The notes: generated by a model from the letters alone, not told the origin. A DNA stretch of 64,000 nucleotides from Octopus vulgaris (GCA_951406725.2 OX597827.1:55738001-55802000); one strand, 5' to 3'; shown: positions 50,114 to 64,000, counted from the stretch's first letter. Made by a program: numbers and translations.

Positions 50114-51122
50114 CATACACAGAGACATTGTGATATTATGATAGGATAAGTCTACATTAAAACATTAAAACATTTAACATTAAACAAATGCATCCATTCA
50201 TCAGCAATAAAAATATATAAGTGAAATGGCAGACAGCTATTTAGGCAATGAAAGTGACTATAAAAGTATTCATTATAGACATCTAGAATAAGAAGAGTAA
50301 GAGACAGGTCGCACACACGTATGTGTGTGTGCGTGTGTGTGTGTATGTATGAAAGTAAAGAAGGAGATTGATTTATAGAGAGTAATTAGGATAATGAGAA
50401 ATGCAGAGATTATCATAATGAAAACAGCAAAATCATAGTGTTCAGAAGAGACATTAGATTGTAAAGAGTTAGAAATTGGATAGTTCTATGCGAAAAGACA
50501 TGAATATATCATAACTAGGAAGGGATTAACAAAATTATACTCTATTTTGGCTTCCTACAACTGATGATCCACAATATGGTGAAATCATGTGATACAGTAA
50601 TGCACCTGCAAGTGCTGATGAAATTTAGTCGACTGATAGAATTTTAATGCTTTTTAGTATTTGTCATCTACATAAAATGATTTTTTGGGATGATCACTGC
50701 AGCATACAGTGTTATAAACAATGCATCCAAGTTAGGTTGGATGTGCTAATTGATATTTGTTACAAAAGCTACTTCTGTCAATAATAGCCAATTTATATAC
50801 AGCCTGCCAGCTGCTTGTGACATCACTGGCTGTTTGGTCAGTGTTATTCTATATCAGTTTGACTGATGTTCAGTCTGGCATTCAGCGTTTGGTTCTCTAT
50901 GATACATTAGTGATGTCCATAGATACTAACAAAATTCAGTCAACCGGTAGAATTTTGATGCTATTTTAGTATTTGTCAGTGGTTGCGTGTTAAGAAGTTT
51001 GCTTCCCAACCGCATGGTTCTCGGTTCAGTCTCACTGCTTGACACATTGGGCAAGTGTCTTCTATTATAGTCTCAAGCCAACCAAAACCTTCTGAGTGGA
51101 TTTGATAGACAGAAACTGAAAT

Positions 51123-51355
51123 AAGGTGGCGAGCTGGCAGAAGCGTTAGCGCACCGGGTGAAATGCTTAGTGGTATTTCGTCTGCCGTTACGCTCTGAGT
51201 TCGAATCCCGCTGAGGTCAACTTTGCCTTTCATCCTTTCGGGGTCGATAAATTAAGTACCAGATACACACTGGAGTCGATTTAATCGACTTAATCTCTTT
51301 GTCTGTCCTTGTTTGTCCCCTCTATGTTTAGCCCCTTGTGGGCAATAAAGAAATA
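51123..51355 (+). mobile_element. SINE family B nested in a family A SINE (50977-51595)
   Basis: TSD AGAAACTGAAA at 51111-51121 and 51356-51366. Confidence 0.9.
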
Positions 51356-52020
51356 AGAAACTGAAAGAAGCCCATTGTGTGTGTGTATGTGTGTTTGTGC
51401 AAATGCATGTGTGTCTGTGTCTGTCCCACCGCTTGATGACCAGTGTTGGTGTGTTTACATCACTGTAACTTAGTGCTTCAGCAAAAGAGACCAATAGAGT
51501 AAGAATCAAGCTTAATGGGGTTGATTAAGTTGACTAAAATTCCTCTGGGTGGTACCCCAGTATGGCCACAGTCTAATGACTGAAAGAGATAAAAGATGTG
51601 TGTGTGTGTGTGTAATTCAAAATGTAGCCTGTCAAATCATCTAGTGGACCAAAGCAAGGCAGATCGAACAGTTATCTATTTCTAAACACAGGCAAGGTTA
51701 AGTAATGTGTTCTACCCAGTAACTCAACAGATTTGGAATTATAACTGCTTCACATCACACACATTTACATCTTTCTCAAAATGAGGTCATGATAAGTCAT
51801 GATAACCTAGACTCCACCAACACACACAATCACTACACATATCAAAAATATACGTATATGTATATATATAATCCCTTGTATTACACCTACCCTAAGACGA
51901 GAAACAACTATAATCCTCTAAGTCGTACAAAATGCTAGACCTCATAATACCTGATGTTACGTAGGCGTCAGTTTGTGTATATCTATACAGATAGACACAC
52001 ATATATGATATATAAGAATG

Positions 52021-52072
<52 letters not shown>

Positions 52073-52467
52073 TATCACACATATGTATGTGTGTGTGTAT
52101 ATTCTTGTATGTGTATATTATCATCATCATTTAATGTCCGCTTTCCATGCTAGCATGGGTTGGACGATTTGACTGAGGACTGGCAAGCCAGATGGCCGCA
52201 CCAGGCTCCAATCTTGATCTGGCAGAGTTTCTACAGCTGGATGCCCTTCCTAATGCCAACCACTCCAAGAGTATAGTGGGTGCTTTTACACGCCACCAGC
52301 ATGAGGGCCAGTCAGGCGGTACTGGCAACAGCCACGCTCAAATGGTGTTTTTTACGTGCCACCTGCACAGGAGCCAGTCCAGCGGCACTGGCAATGACCT
52401 TGTTCGAATGTTTTTTCATGTACCACCGGCACAAGTGCCAGTGAAGTGACGCTGGTAATATATATAT

Positions 52468-52857
52468 AGGCACAGGAGTGGCTGTGTAGTAAGTAGCTTG
52501 ATTACCAGCAACATGGCTCCGGGTTCAGTCCCACTGTGTGGTACCTTGGGCAAGTGTCTTCTACTGTAGCCTCAGGCCAACCAAGGCCTTGTGAATGGAT
52601 TTGGTAGACAGAAACTAAAAGAAGCCTGTCATATATACATATGTGTGTGTGTGTGTGTGTCTGTCTGTCTGTCCCCCCACCATCACTTGACAACTGATGT
52701 TGGTGTGCTTACGTCCCCGTAACTTAGCTGTTCAGCAAAAGTGTCCGATAGAATAAGTACTAGGCTTACAAAAGAATAAGTCATGGAGTCAATTTGTTTG
52801 ACTAAAAGGCAGTGCTCTAGCTTGGCCTCAGTCAAATGACTGAAACAAATAAAAGAA
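52468..52857 (+). mobile_element. SINE family A, full length
   Basis: AGGCACAGGAGTGGCTGTGTAGTAAG...GACTGAAACAAATAAAAGA. Confidence 0.9.
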
Positions 52858-53055
52858 TATATATATACATATAATATATAAGAATATATATATATATATA
52901 TATAAACAAATTCAAAGTGCGATAAAATAAAATTAATTATTATTATCGCTGGTGTTTCTGGTGTTTCTATTTATCGTATATATACATAAGAGTACACACA
53001 CACACATATATATATACACATAAGAATATATATATGTAATATATATATAATATAT

Positions 53056-53258
53056 ACTCTCTTTACTCTTTTACTTGTTTCAGTCATTTGACTGCGGCCA
53101 TGCTGGAGCACCGCCTTTAGTCGAGCAAATCGACCCCGAGACTTATTCTTTGTAAGCCCAGTACTTATTCTATCGGTCTCTTTTGCCGAACCGCTAAGTG
53201 ACGGGGACATAAACACACTAAAATCGGTTGTCAAGCAATGCTAGGGGGACAAACACAA

Positions 53259-53307
<49 letters not shown>

Positions 53308-53473
53308 TATGACAGGCTTCTTTCAGTTTCCGTCTACCAAATCCACTCACAAGGCATTGGTCGGCCCGGGGCTATAGCAGAAGACACTTGCCCAAGATGC
53401 CATGCAGTGGGACTGAACCCGCAACCATGTGGTTGGTTAGCAAGCTACTTACCACACAGCCACTCCTGCGCCT
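53056..53473 (-). mobile_element. SINE family A, full length, CpG-retaining (young)
   Basis: Complete minus-strand copy, tail-to-tail with 52468-52857. Confidence 0.92.
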
Positions 53474-53497
53474 ATATAAGAATATATAATATATAAG

Positions 53498-53533
<36 letters not shown>

Positions 53534-53548
53534 GAAAGTAAGAAGAAT

Positions 53549-53856
53549 AAAAGCGAAAATGCACATTGAATATGGAAAGTAGCGATAAATAAATACAATT
53601 AGATGAACTGAAGTAGAATTAAGAGGAATTAAATTCATTATTTTGAATTGTTAAAGAGATTCAAAGTCAAACTGGTGTCATCATTGCTGTTCACTGACTT
53701 TGAATGCATTCAAAGCCAGTGAACAGCAATGATGACACCAGTTGAATTTAATTCCTCTTAATTCTACCTCAGTTCATCTAATTGTATTTATTTATCGCTA
53801 CTTTCCATAAAAAAAGCCTTTATTTTTTTTTATATTCAATGTGCATTTTCGCTTTT
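53549..53856. repeat. Three-segment fold-back palindrome centred at 53706/53707
   Basis: Nested reverse-complementary segments of about 24, 67 and 37 bp, with no central spacer (TTTGAATG|CATTCAAA). Confidence 0.93.
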
Positions 53857-55776
53857 TTTCTCCATATCTTTTCCACGTGTAGTTTCCGTTTTCTTTTTTA
53901 AATATATTTTTTCGTGACGTATATTTACCATGTAAATATGGCTAACCCCTAAGTGTGGATGCTACTGTAGTTTTTAGCCCCAGGAGGACACCTCCTCCAG
54001 CTGGATATCTTTTCCTTGTTTCAGTCACTAATTTGCAGGCATGATGGGGCACTGCCTTGAATGGCTTTAGTTCAACAAATTGACCCAGTACTTATTTTTC
54101 AAAGCTCAATAACTTACTGTATTGATCTCTTTTGCTGAACGACCAGGTTACAGGGATGTAAACAAAAGAACATTGGTTGCCAATCAGTGGCAGGGGACAA
54201 TGACCACAAAAATATTCTCACATACACAATGGACTTCTTTCAGTTTCTGTTAACTCAATCTACTCACAAGGCTTTGGTCAGCCTGGGGCTATAGTAGAAG
54301 ACACTTGCCCAAGGTGCCATGCAGTGGAATAGAATCTGGAGCCACATGATTGGGAAGAAAACTTTCTATCACACAGCCACAGGCATTCAAGCTGAAAATC
54401 TAACACATCAACAGACTGTGAAAGCTTAGGATTATCATGTGTGCTGTAAATGTTTGAAGATGGCTAGGTCTGAGTTAAGGGATATTTGGTTGCTATACAT
54501 AACAGCAACTACATACAGGCCCTCTTGTTCATTTAAAAAATTTTTATTTCTTCATAAGTTACTCAGAGGTGAAGAGAAATTTTAATGTAATTTCTGGTAC
54601 AAAGGGTCCATAGGTGCAGAGCAAACCTTTCTATGAGGCTAACCTACTACATGTATTATAGTAAGACTGGAACTCAGTCAATTATGAAGATGAATGTTCT
54701 TGCTGATCCAGTCAACAGAACAGTCTGCTCTTGAAATTAACATTCAAATGGCTGAGTGCTCCACAGACACAGATATCCTTAATGTAGTTCTTAACTCATT
54801 TTTGCCAGCTGCTTGAGTAATGAGATATAAAGTGTCTTACACAATGTGCTGCCAGGAATCGAATCCAAGACTTTATGATTGTGAACTGAATACCCCTAAC
54901 CAATAAGCCATAAGCCTTCACTATTATAGTAAGTATTGACTAACTAATGATTAATCTAAGGGAATAGATTCCCTTAGACTGTCATCAACTTCAGTAAGGC
55001 TGGCTGCATGGCCAGATAGGAATAAGAAATAGAAACTGCCTCACAAATCTATGTTTAATATATACATATTAAAAATAAAATAGATGCGCCCTTTTAGAGC
55101 CTAGCCAGGCTCATGAGCCCGGTTTCCCGGTTTCTGTGGTGTATGTGTTTCCCAGCTGGACGGGATGCCAGTCCATTGCAGCGTTACTCATTTTTGCCAG
55201 CTGAGTGGACTGGAGCAACGTGAAATGAAGTGTTTCGCTCAAGAACACAACACGTCGCCTGGTCCAGGAATCGAAACCACAATCTTATGATCGTGATGCT
55301 GACACCCTAACCACTAAGCCACACGCCTCTATATATACATTTTAATTAATAGGAATTAAAATAAAACCTTGCAGTAAACTAAAATTTACAAAAATAAATA
55401 AACTTGTATTTTTAAAAGAAAACATCATGATAAGATAACATAAAAACATAGCAATCATTGATTTCCCCCATTTCCTATCTATTCCATCTTACCCAAAGTT
55501 ACACATAAAGCTCTAATGTTCTTAGCTGAGACAGCAGATACAACCCCACCCATTCCATCAAGGAAATATCTTTTACACAGTCAACTGAAAAGAAAAACAA
55601 TAAAATAAAAATAGGTGAAATATATTCTGGTTCATGAATGCCACACTGTACATATATAATCTGGTTGGTGGGGAGCATTCTTAATATATAAAAACAACTG
55701 CCGTTTTTATGTAATTATTAAATATAGAACTCAATACAAGGTACAAAATCAAATATATAAATATACAAACAAATAG

Positions 55777-55814
<38 letters not shown>

Positions 55815-56194
55815 CATATATATATGTGCACATACAAATGCATATATGTGCATGTGTGTAAGTATATACTTATACACACAAGTACATGTGTACATACATA
55901 TAGACCTATATCTATTTATCTATCTGTCAATCTATTTACTTAAATATATTTTTTTCAAAATGTAATCACACATGAATCGTTGTCAATTTTTTTCCTCTGT
56001 GTTCCTTTTCAATTGGACTTTCCTCTGTTTCTGAAGAAGAGCTTTGCTCAAAACATTAACCCATCTTTCTTTCCTTCCCTGAGCATCTGATAATACTTTA
56101 CATGTACCACGTCCTCACGTTGTTGTTTTTTTGTGTTTGTTCTTCATTTTTTGGGATTTACTATATATATATATATATATATATTCACACACAC

Positions 56195-56239
<45 letters not shown>

Positions 56240-56332
56240 TATGCACACACACATGCATATAAAGCATGTAAGCATAATATATATAAGAGATTGTTAAACA
56301 TAATAACTAAACCCATAAGAAATCATGTTTTG

Positions 56333-56368
<36 letters not shown>

Positions 56369-56428
56369 CACACACACAAAATAAAAGATTGTCAGATATT
56401 AAATATTTATTAAAAAAATATCTAGCAA

Positions 56429-56478
<50 letters not shown>

Positions 56479-59260
56479 GGGATCTTTCAATTTTTTATAC
56501 CATTATCTTTTTAACAGCTATAGTTATAAAACCAAAAACATCAAAACATGGAAATAATTATCTTTATACATTAGAATATTTTTTCATTGCTGTTATTATT
56601 ATAATATTATTCTATTATTCTAGAATAATAATAATAAACACAAGGCCCAAAATTTTGGTGGGAAAGGCTAGTTGATTACATCAACCCCAGTATTCAACTG
56701 GTACTTTTTTTCCAACTCCAAAAGGGTGGAAGGCAAATTCAATCTTGGTGGAATTTTTAACTCAGAACATAAAGATGAATGAAACGCTGCCAATTCTGCC
56801 AGCTTGCCACCTTACTTTCTATAATAATAATAATAATAATTATAAGATGGAAAACCTAAAGAAAATGATGAACACTGGTCAATCTTAATTTAGCAAGTCA
56901 GTTTTAATTTTTAGTTCAAGTTTGTTCACTTAAATTACAATATTTAATTCCTCATAGAAAAGCATGAACATTTTAGCCTCATTCTTCTAACTTTTAACTT
57001 TGTTTCTAAGTAAGGAAAGAATGAGAAAAAAACCAAAATGATTATAATAAACGAGGGAGGTGAAGCTGGCACAGAGAGAGCAAAGTGTTTTGACTGGGGA
57101 TTTAATATGTCAAATTCAGAATTCCACTGATCAGATTCCATTTGGGCCACATGTACTTTACATACTTCAATCCTCAATAACTTATAACCCACCACCACCA
57201 CCACCACAAACGAAAATGTTGGCTTTATGCCTAGTTGTAGCTAATCAATAAACCATAAGGAATTATTTAAAACATAACCTTAAACAGGAGATGCCTTAAT
57301 GTAAAAACAGAGAGAGAGAGAGAGATGCAGACACAGCTGTGTGCTTAAGCTCGCCTCATAACCATGTGGCTCCAGGTTTCATCCTACTATATGGTACCTT
57401 AGACAAATGTCTTTTACAACAGTCTTGGGTTGACTGCTGCCTTGAAACTGAAATTTGGTACACAGAAACTGCAGAAGTCTGACATATATGCGTGTGTGTG
57501 TGTGTGTATCTATGTTTACACTGGTCTAAAAATCAATGTTGTTTATTTTATATATCTTTGTGCCCTGTAATTCAGCTGCCCAACAAACAGATCGATAAAA
57601 CAAGCACCAAACTGCAACATGTACTAGGAGCTGATGCGATTGACTAAAACCCCTTCATGTGTCCCCAGTTTGGTCACCATGAAACAACTGAAACCAATAA
57701 GGGAAGAATTACTATTACTGTATGAGACTTACTACTAGACTAACAAGAAAATGTAATGATTAATGCTTCTATATAATTTAAATCAGATTCTCAAAGGAAT
57801 TTACCAGCTCTTAAAAATGAAAAACCTTATATACATATCTATTAAATCAGGTATAAGTATATGATAAAATATTTCTAATGGGGTCTACAGTAATGCGTCA
57901 GAATGCAACATTTTTGATAAAATCATATTCTATAAAACCAAAAATATAAGAAAAGCAAAGCAAATAATTTCTGAAGAGGATGTTTTATAAGAAAATATCC
58001 AAACTTCTCTCCCAACTTAAATTATTTTTATCATTGTCATCATCATCATCATCAATTTTATTATTGTTGTTATCTTCAGCAGTAATGTACAAGTGTTAAT
58101 GTTTGCCAGGATCACAATATGATTTTTATCAAGTTCCAATATTCTAGTAGACTGAGAGTAGTAGTTTTGGTTCTCTAAATTGCCTGTCTTTATGCATCTG
58201 CATGCGAGTGCATGAGAGAGAAAGAGTGTGTGTGTGTGTGTGTGGTTCTATAAGTGCTTGCACTACCTACCTCATAGCAAAGTTGTTTTTTTTATAAATT
58301 ATGAATATTTTTGCCTTCTCTTATTTCTGTGGCCTTGTTCTATTATAACTATCCTTACTGTTTACTTTGACTTTCGGTATAAACAAATATATTTATTTCA
58401 TGCACATATACACACACATAATTATTGTAAGCTACTACACTATTTTATGATTGTTTTTGTATCCGTAACTTTTTTCTTCTCAAGCAGCAAATATAGTAAT
58501 CATTATTGATATTATTATTATTATTGCTGGTCAGCCTAGTGGCATTTTTTTCTGGCTTTATGTTCTGAGTTCAAATGCCACCGAGGCTAACTTTGCCTTT
58601 CAACCTTTCAGAGTTGATGAAATAAGTACTACTTTGAGCACTGGGGCCGATGTAATCGACTTGGCCCCTCCCCCAAAATTTTGGCTCTTGTGCCTATAAT
58701 ATAAAGGATTCTTCTTCTTATTAAGTTGATCATTAGAGTCAATGTAATTGACTTAACCCCTTGCATAAAAAAAACTTACTGACCATGCAGCAAAACTTAA
58801 AACCATTATTATTATTATTATTATTATTTCCTCCAGCTCTTTATGTTCTACCTTCAATTCCCACTGAGATCAGCTTTGCTTTTCATCCTTTCGAAGTCAT
58901 TCAAAGAAAGTACCACTCAGGTGCTGGAATCGATGTAATTGTGTTGACACCCTCCCCTCAAAATTTCTGACCTCAGGCCAAAATTATGATTATTATTTAT
59001 AGTAGTAGCTGTAATAGTTTTATTACTTAGTATTACATGTTTTTCATACATTTGTAAGTTTGGTAAATTGCAGAATGACTGATATAGTTCTATAACTAAG
59101 TGTGCAAAATAGTAAATAAATAGATGCAAGGAAGCCTGCGGTGAAAAGAAAACATCTGAATGAATTGAAAAAAAGTTAAAAGTGGATCTAATACTGAAGA
59201 CAGCGAGTAATAACAGTAACAACAACAACAACAACAACAACAACAATAATACTCACTCAC

Positions 59261-59352
59261 CTTACGGCACAAGCAGTGGTAGGCAATTTTAGCAGACCTG
59301 AAGCTAGGCTTCTACACACAGCCCTTTTGATTTCAGACTCACTGCTGCTCAT
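59261..59352 (-). CDS. Candidate (alternative) first coding exon of Sec15/EXOC6
   Basis: ATG at 59352 with an upstream in-frame TAA. 92 nt encode MSSSESEIKRAVCRSLASGLLKLPTTACAV and end AG|GTGAGT in phase 2, completing the AG|A Arg codon with exon 41013. The peptide is not convincingly similar to the canonical Sec15 N-terminus. Confidence 0.55.
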
Positions 59353-62300
59353 TCCGTTCTTCACTCTGCTTTAAACACGCTGCTATTCTTGATGTTGTAA
59401 TTTCAATGCTTATGCTGCACAGAACAATGAGCTGAGCAGTGAGTGGCATGGCATTGCCAAGAAGGGCTGCACTAATGTTTTATCAGAGGATACCTATCTG
59501 CCACCATGAGAGGTTTTATGAAAAGAAACCTCTTGTCGTCGCTGCTGGCACTAACTGCTAAGAACTGACCACCACCACTAACAATAACAACGTGGAAGAA
59601 ACAAACAGTGAACTGAGTTTAGGCTAAATATATCATAAGAACAATTACAGAAGATTCTTAATTACCTGGTGAAACGAAATTACATTAGGTTACTTAAGTT
59701 AATATAACCAAGCACAACCATGTTTTAGTTCAAGGTTTTCTTTCAATCAGACATAGTTACTTAGTAATAACGTTCTATAAGTGTGTGCCTGTGTGTCTGA
59801 AGAAAAGGCCACAAAAAAATCACCAACTGTGTATTGAAGAATGCAACAAAAAAAAAAAGAAGTAAAAAAAAAAAGGAAAACAGAAGAAAAAAACACATAA
59901 GGAAGGGGAAATATGAACTGCAGAAGTTACAACAGGAATTTAAATATCTCTACTTATCTATTTATTTGTGTGTGTGCGCGCGCGTGTGATTTATATTATC
60001 ACATGGAATGAAGGAAAAGTAAATATTACAAGAATTTTTAATATTCAATGAATAGGTCTGTTTTTAATTTTTTTAAAAATGCTTTAGGTAAGTGGTATGA
60101 CAGTTTTTAACTATTTTAACTGAAGTACTGAAAAGTATTTTTAATGATGTTTTTCACTTCACAGACACATTAATCACTGAGAAATTTTATATAAATTCAT
60201 ATTAATTATAAATGCACAAGTACATAAGTTACAGTTCAAAGATCTGTTACTGTTTTCTGTTCAACTTGCACACATACATGCTTAAATAAACATGCCCCCC
60301 CCACACACACACACAGGAATACACACGTAAGCAATTAAAACAATTTATATTTGTTTTTCCACATTATATATTTGAAATTTATGTAAAGGAATGTTAATTT
60401 TAAAGAGAAATGTGATGTTGAAAAATGTTATATATTAATTGCATACTTTTTTACTTGAAAAAAAATTTTTTTTTTTTTAGATCCTTCTTTTAAGCAATAA
60501 CTATTTCATATGATTGAGAATTTAGCTATAAATTTATGGAAAATTATATTTCAAACAAATCACCGTCTTATTGTTAATTACTTTGTCATTTACTGTTAAA
60601 TACTTTGTCATGAGTTTAGTATTGGTTGTTAAGCAATTTCTTGTCATTTGCATCCAAGGCAGCTTTAATCAAGCAGACCTATGATCAAAGACATCCAAAT
60701 CATGACCATCATAACAATGAATAATGTGACTTCAACTATACTATCCAATCTGACATTTCAAGATCGTAAATATGACTTGAAGAATTTAGCTGCCATTTCT
60801 AGCAGACGGACACTTCCTTATCTCATAGCTGTTTTTCAACAAGGTGACTTATTCAAAGATATGAATAAGGGAGCCTCATATAGTCACTAAACCTGTTAGA
60901 TATCTCTCTCAAATAACACAGACCTTATTGCCCTAACCCTTTACCTGTCTGAAATATTTTCATAAGTCTATCCTAAACATTTATGCTTCTTTTCAGACTT
61001 TTAGTTAGTCTTTGTTTCATATATTCTGAATAATATAAAGTTTTCTTTTAATAAGTCCCAAGTTGCTCTGGTGGTTGAAAAGAATTGGGAATGTGCATCA
61101 CAGATGATGCATGGATGTTCGGGAAATATGTCCTGTGTGTCACAAGTGGTACACGAGACAGACAAAAGGTTAAAACAGGAAGGATACACTGGATGATAAT
61201 GGCTTGTGTGCACAGTGCCTAGAAAAAGATGGAATGGTCACAACTGGAATGTCTTTTATCATCAGGACTGACGTGAATCTAAACAACAAAAACAACCACC
61301 TAAGGCTATGCATGCAGTAGGACTAGAACTCACTGTAACCTAGGAAACCTTACCATAATAACATAACTATTTATTGTTGTCTTTTACACAAAACAGTGAT
61401 GTTGTTATTGTTATCGATGTCATTTCAAGTCCACTTTTCTATGCTTGGGTAAAACAGAATTTGTTGAGGCAGATTTTGTACAGCTGGACACCCCTCCTGT
61501 CACCAACCTTCACTGGTTTCCAAGCAAGGTAATACTTTTTCTGTAGCTAAATGCATTTTACACAGCAGACTGGAAATGAGCAACCTCACTTGTATGATAA
61601 TGATGATGATGATGCTTATTTACAACCATCACATGATGTCTAAACAAGGGTACACACACACACAATAGGCCTCATTCAGTTTCTGTCAACCAAATCTACT
61701 CACGAAGCTTTGATTGACCCAGGACAATCTATAGAAGACATTTGCCCAAGGTGCCATGCAGTAGGATTGAATATAACCCAAGACACTACAGTTGGGAAGC
61801 AAGCTTCTTAAAACCATACAGCCACACCTGTGCCTATTAATAACAAAAAATAACTATAGCAAAAATGAATTAACTATTGCTTTGTTGATGATAATACCAC
61901 TGAAGTTGCATTTAGATCTAATATTCTAGTAAAATGGAATAAGAGTTCTGCAAATTTTCTAACAGATTATTTGCTCAGTTAGAACTATAATATTCTATTG
62001 ATTTCTGAGATCTGCTTTCGAAAGATTAATGAAAGTCTGTGTATCTGTCTATTGGAATTAAAAAGATCCAAAGACATTATCATTAGAAACCTTCCAAACA
62101 AATCTATATTGTGTGTGTGTCTGCGTGTGTAAATGTGTATGTGTGCGCATCTCTGATTATGTGAGTGATTGTGTATGCATCTACATATATGTAATTATGT
62201 ACATGTTAGCGTATATGTGTATATTTGAATATGTATGTGAGTGCATGTGTGTCAGTATACATGTGTCTCTGAATACATGTGCATGTGTGTGTGTGTGCAT

Positions 62301-63014
62301 CTACACAGAGGTTGCTCTGTTTAAACATGTGTTAGTGCATGTGTAAGTGCGGACATATGCATGCTCTATCTCTAGGTATGCTTATGTGTGTGTGTGTGTG
62401 TCTATGTGACCTTTAGAAACCTTTTATATACATAAATAGCTGGCAGATGAGACATACATGCCATTCTCCAAGAATATTAAACACATTCTTCAAAATCCCA
62501 ACTGCTATGATCTATAACTAGATTAAGAAGGATCATCTTCATCTAGATCCGTTCATTTAATGCTCTCCCCACTATATCACTTCAAGGACCAGCTGCTCTC
62601 ATACTTTAGTCTTCTCATAACAACCACTGCTGCTGCTTTCACCAAACTACTGCCACCACCATCACAACCACCATCGTCATCTAACCACCACTTCCAGCTT
62701 TGATTGGTGTGAATGGCCTTTTCTATAAATCTACTACAGTTAGAATTCTTCTTTACCTACTCAAATTCCACACATAATGATTAATCTCTTCTTAGCACTA
62801 CTTAGCAACATTCTCACAGAACTTCATCCCTCATCCATTGTTTCAAAGAATTAGTTCATCTATTTTGTCTCAGGTAGATTTCTCCCATTATTTCCTTCAA
62901 CACCTAACCTAGCCTTCTCACCCACCTATCTGAATTGAATGATCTTATTTTGTTCTTAAGAATTACTTAGCATCAATATACTATGTCTTTCAATGAGATC
63001 CAAGTATTTTAGGG

Positions 63015-63315
63015 CAGTGGTTCTCAACCATTTTTTGCACATGGACTCCTTTGATTACTATTTTATTCTGGTGAACCCTCATCACCACTCGAAGATCAAA
63101 AATTAATTTTATAGATCTTTCTTTCAAAATTCCAATTCCGTTTTTCACACATCAAGTTGTGTATGCTGAACTATGTAAAACATTAGAGAAAAAAACCTAG
63201 GTGGTTTTTTTTTAATAAATACATCTTAAGTAACATTTTTTTATGGACCCTACTTTTTCACCCCCAGTTTACTATTTTGCTTGTATGGACCTCCAAAAGT
63301 CTTACTGGACCACTG
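63015..63315. mobile_element. hAT-like MITE
   Basis: CAGTGGTTCTCAACC start, GGACCACTG end. 8-bp flanks TTTTAGGG / TTTTAGGA. Confidence 0.65.
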
Positions 63316-64000
63316 TTTTAGGAGAAAGTTACAGCAATGGTTTTCTGTTGCTTTTTGCCAGCTTATCTACAATTTACACAGCTAATCCGCTGCTTTCTCA
63401 AGTTTACTCTTGAAGCTCAAGGGCTATTTGGTTCTTAGGTAGAGAAATTGTTCACATGACACCAGGACACACCCTCCTCCAAGTTCTGTATGCCTTAGCC
63501 ACAGGATCATCTACAATTAAACCCATAACCTCGATAGATATTACCACCCTGGGCCAGAGCAGACCTGGGAGTAAAGGATACTAATGGTGAACTTCCGAGC
63601 TGGAACCTCATTATCAGATGCAGTTGAATGTCTTGCCCATAGTATTATTACCTTATCACAAGAATTGTCATTAGAAGAAATTCTGAAAATATATCTTTAC
63701 ATCAGTTTCATTGAATAAACATAACATTATTGAGGCCAATAATGAAATGCTTAATAGCAACCTTATAAATTAAGCTTCCTGAATATTCAGATTTCAAGTG
63801 ATTGTGGGTGTGTCAGTTTATGTCGAAATTCTTTGTATGATCAGTGTTGTAGATATTACCATTTTATCTTTAATGTGAACTAGTCTAAAATTTAGAGACA
63901 GCAGAGTATTTGCTGAGGGAGATTTAGTTGGTATATTGAACAGATTAAGAACTTATGTAGAAGTTCCCCCATCTTGTTTATAGAAGAAGAGTGTTATAAC

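Overview
Eukaryotic, AT-rich, repeat-dense DNA, almost certainly from a coleoid cephalopod (Octopus inferred from recognisable SINE/LINE families, not from a database search). The whole window is the 5' part of one minus-strand gene, the exocyst subunit Sec15 (EXOC6/EXOC6B). Five GT-AG exons (41013-40848, 10628-10490, 2954-2909, 2237-2033, 798-664) splice in phase, and a candidate non-canonical first coding exon lies at 59352-59261. The gene continues past the left edge. The introns (0.7-30 kb) contain tRNA-derived SINEs, 5'-truncated RTE LINEs (one with an intact 308-codon RT/C-terminal ORF), decayed L1/Tx1, CRE-like, R4/NeSL-like and Penelope-like pieces, a full-length dead mariner, a non-autonomous Helitron, MITEs and microsatellites. 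Most ORF-track entries are repeat noise. I found no CRISPR array, operon or clearly new multi-gene system. The best leads are a KRAP+NPF motif exon in Sec15, the alternative first exon, a candidate poison exon, three long intronic fold-backs and inverted SINE pairs (ADAR/circRNA candidates), several Penelope-type hammerhead-like cores, a recurrent SINE-in-SINE insertion site, and a variable hairpin array in an RTE 3' UTR.
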